DNA from: an uncultured Actinomycetota bacterium
Lineage (GTDB): Bacteria > Actinomycetota > Actinomycetes > Frankiales > Frankiaceae
Direction: 5' to 3'
Assembly (NCBI GenBank): GCA_963731205.1
Contig: CAVSUJ010000001.1
Span: 1,160,719-1,224,718, forward strand
DNA: 64,000 nt
The position numbers and the translations under genes are program-made. Shown here piece after piece: positions 62,743 to 64,000 of this stretch. The notes under the pieces were generated by a model, which did not search any database, was not told the DNA's origin, and saw only the letters and a program-made list of their open reading frames with translations. Position 1 is the first letter of the stretch. Each line of letters starts with the position of its first letter.

Positions 62743-64000
62743 CTAGAAGCCGAGGTCGACGACCGGCTGCTCGAGCGGGTTGACGTTCACCACTGAGAGC
62801 CCCTTCAGCAACGCCTCGTACGGCAGCCCGGCGAGGAAACCGTCGATCAGCCGCTCGAAGTTCGAGATGCCGCCCTCGGCCGCTTCCGACAGGCGCATGT
62901 ACTCGAAACCCCTGGCGTGCAGGCCCTTTTGCTGGCGCGGCAGGTTGGAGAAGTCCTGGGCGGGGATCGGTGGCCAGCGGGGATCGTTGTGCTCCCACAC
63001 TTCGGGCTGCGGCGGGGTTTGCGGCTCGCTGCCCACCGGGTAGCGCGTCAGCGACCAGATCTCCATGAGCGTCTCTTCCGGGCCGAGCGGCCGGAAGCGG
63101 TAGGAGGAGGCGCTGCTGTACATCGGCAGCACGAAGAAGTGCGGGAAGCCGTAGTACATGGAGTCGCCGAGGCCTTGGGCGGCGAGCTCGTTCAGGTCGG
63201 GGATGGCAGCTGCGGCGTCGCGGTGTGCGCGCACCACCGCATCGTTCAGCGTGCGCTGCCAGAAGGCTGCGGCCTCTCCCGGCTCGGTGGGCAGCTCGAT
63301 GTCGCGCAGCCCCTCGGCGACGGCGACGTCCTTGGCGTGGACCATGCCGGCCATGCCGTCGCTCATGGTGTGCAGGTACTGCAGCTCGCCCGCCATCCAC
63401 GCCTGCCGGTCGAAAGGCTTGCCCGGACGAGGGAACATCCGGCCGGGGATGCGCAGCTGCGGATGCGACTGCAGGACGTGGTACTGCTCCATGAACGCCT
63501 CTTCGGCGATCTTCCAGTTCACCGGCAGCCGGCAGGCGTACCACCATTCCGCCCGCATCGACTCCAGCTGCCACGCATCCATGACCGTCGCGAACGGTTC
63601 CAGGCAGGCGCGCAGCGGTGGGGCCCCGGGGTCGAGGTTGATCCAGGCGCAGCCGCCCCAGGTCTCGCAGCGCACCGGGACCAGGTCCAGCTCGCCCGGC
63701 TCCAGGTTGTGCTCGTTGAACGTGCGGCGCTGGGTGACGGCGGTGTTCTTGCCGTCGGCGGCGTAGCACCAGCCGTGGAAGGGGCAGGTGAAGCCGGATG
63801 GGCAGGCCCCGCGACCGACGGCGACCTTCACCCCGCGGTGGCGGCAGGCGTTCTGGAAGGCCTGCGCCCCGCCGTCCTCGGTGCGGACCACGACGATCGA
63901 CTGATCGAGGATCTCGTACTCGGCGAAGTCGTACGGCTGCGCGATCTCCTCGAGCCGGCACGCCATCTGCCACGTTCGCGACCAGAGCTGCTCGTTCTCC
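62743..64000 (-). CDS. aromatic-ring-hydroxylating (Rieske) oxygenase alpha subunit; N-terminus beyond the window edge
   Basis: Rieske motif CRHRG...CPFHGW. The frame stays open upstream of the track's Met (…ENEQLWSRTWQMACRLEEI). There is a C-terminal catalytic (SRPBCC-like) domain. Confidence 0.85.
   Translation of the reverse strand, partial: ENEQLWSRTWQMACRLEEIAQPYDFAEYEILDQSIVVVRTEDGGAQAFQNACRHRGVKVAVGRGACPSGFTCPFHGWCYAADGKNTAVTQRRTFNEHNLEPGELDLVPVRCETWGGCAWINLDPGAPPLRACLEPFATVMDAWQLESMRAEWWYACRLPVNWKIAEEAFMEQYHVLQSHPQLRIPGRMFPRPGKPFDRQAWMAGELQYLHTMSDGMAGMVHAKDVAVAEGLRDIELPTEPGEAAAFWQRTLNDAVVRAHRDAAAAIPDLNELAAQGLGDSMYYGFPHFFVLPMYSSASSYRFRPLGPEETLMEIWSLTRYPVGSEPQTPPQPEVWEHNDPRWPPIPAQDFSNLPRQQKGLHARGFEYMRLSEAAEGGISNFERLIDGFLAGLPYEALLKGLSVVNVNPLEQPVVDLGF

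Noticed and set aside
62678-63973. 431-aa alternative-frame ORF on the same strand as the Rieske oxygenase
   Set aside because: Its translation is Arg/Pro/Gly-rich with no motifs. The overlapping frame 62743..63966 has clear Rieske (CRHRG...CPFHGW) and catalytic-domain sequence.
1-64000. tRNA, rRNA, insertion sequences, prophage or toxin-antitoxin/defence modules
   Set aside because: All intergenic gaps are 250 nt or shorter, and none shows a cloverleaf-like tRNA. I saw no transposase, integrase, cas or obvious TA pair in any frame. The DUF222/HNH gene is the only mobile-element-associated family, and I found no flanking repeats by eye.

Overview
Visibly GC-rich, densely coding chromosomal segment (third codon positions mostly G/C). 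Families such as DUF222/HNH, DinB/DUF664, an F420-type LLM oxidoreductase and a Stf-type sulfotransferase point to Actinomycetota. I support about 58 protein-coding genes and found no rRNA, tRNA or CRISPR array by eye.

Main blocks:
- 1-8.2 kb: MFS efflux gene, an Ltp2-like thiolase-fold/DUF35 pair, hydrolases, and a three-repeat secreted lipoprotein.
- 8.3-16.1 kb, minus strand: an operon-like run containing an in-frame-UGA UGSC-motif selenoprotein candidate with a SECIS-like hairpin. It also holds an uncharacterised coupled partner, a GH3 glycosidase, a PEP-mutase-fold enzyme, an acyltransferase and a glutaredoxin-thioredoxin-reductase fusion.
- 16.3-19.3 kb: TetR, a DUF222/HNH gene, DinB and ABM.
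- 19.4-38.9 kb: a CoA-ester catabolic island with 4 adenylate-forming ligases, 4 crotonases, a PaaI-like hotdog protein, 2 ACADs, 2 amidohydrolases, an isochorismatase-like protein, a Zn-ADH and an AccD-like carboxyltransferase. Its intergenic regions share a 14-bp palindrome, AACATCTAGATGTT.
- 39.0-41.8 kb: cysD-cysNC (PAPS synthesis).
- 46-53 kb: a sulfotransferase operon with tailoring enzymes.
- 54.3-62.6 kb: kdpE, a frameshifted kdpD, kdpCBAF and an extra upstream micro-ORF.
- 62.7 kb to the window edge: a Rieske oxygenase.

Several genes (kdpD twice, DUF222/HNH, the selenoprotein partner) need single-base indels to restore their frames. All family calls are made by eye from motifs; no database search was run.
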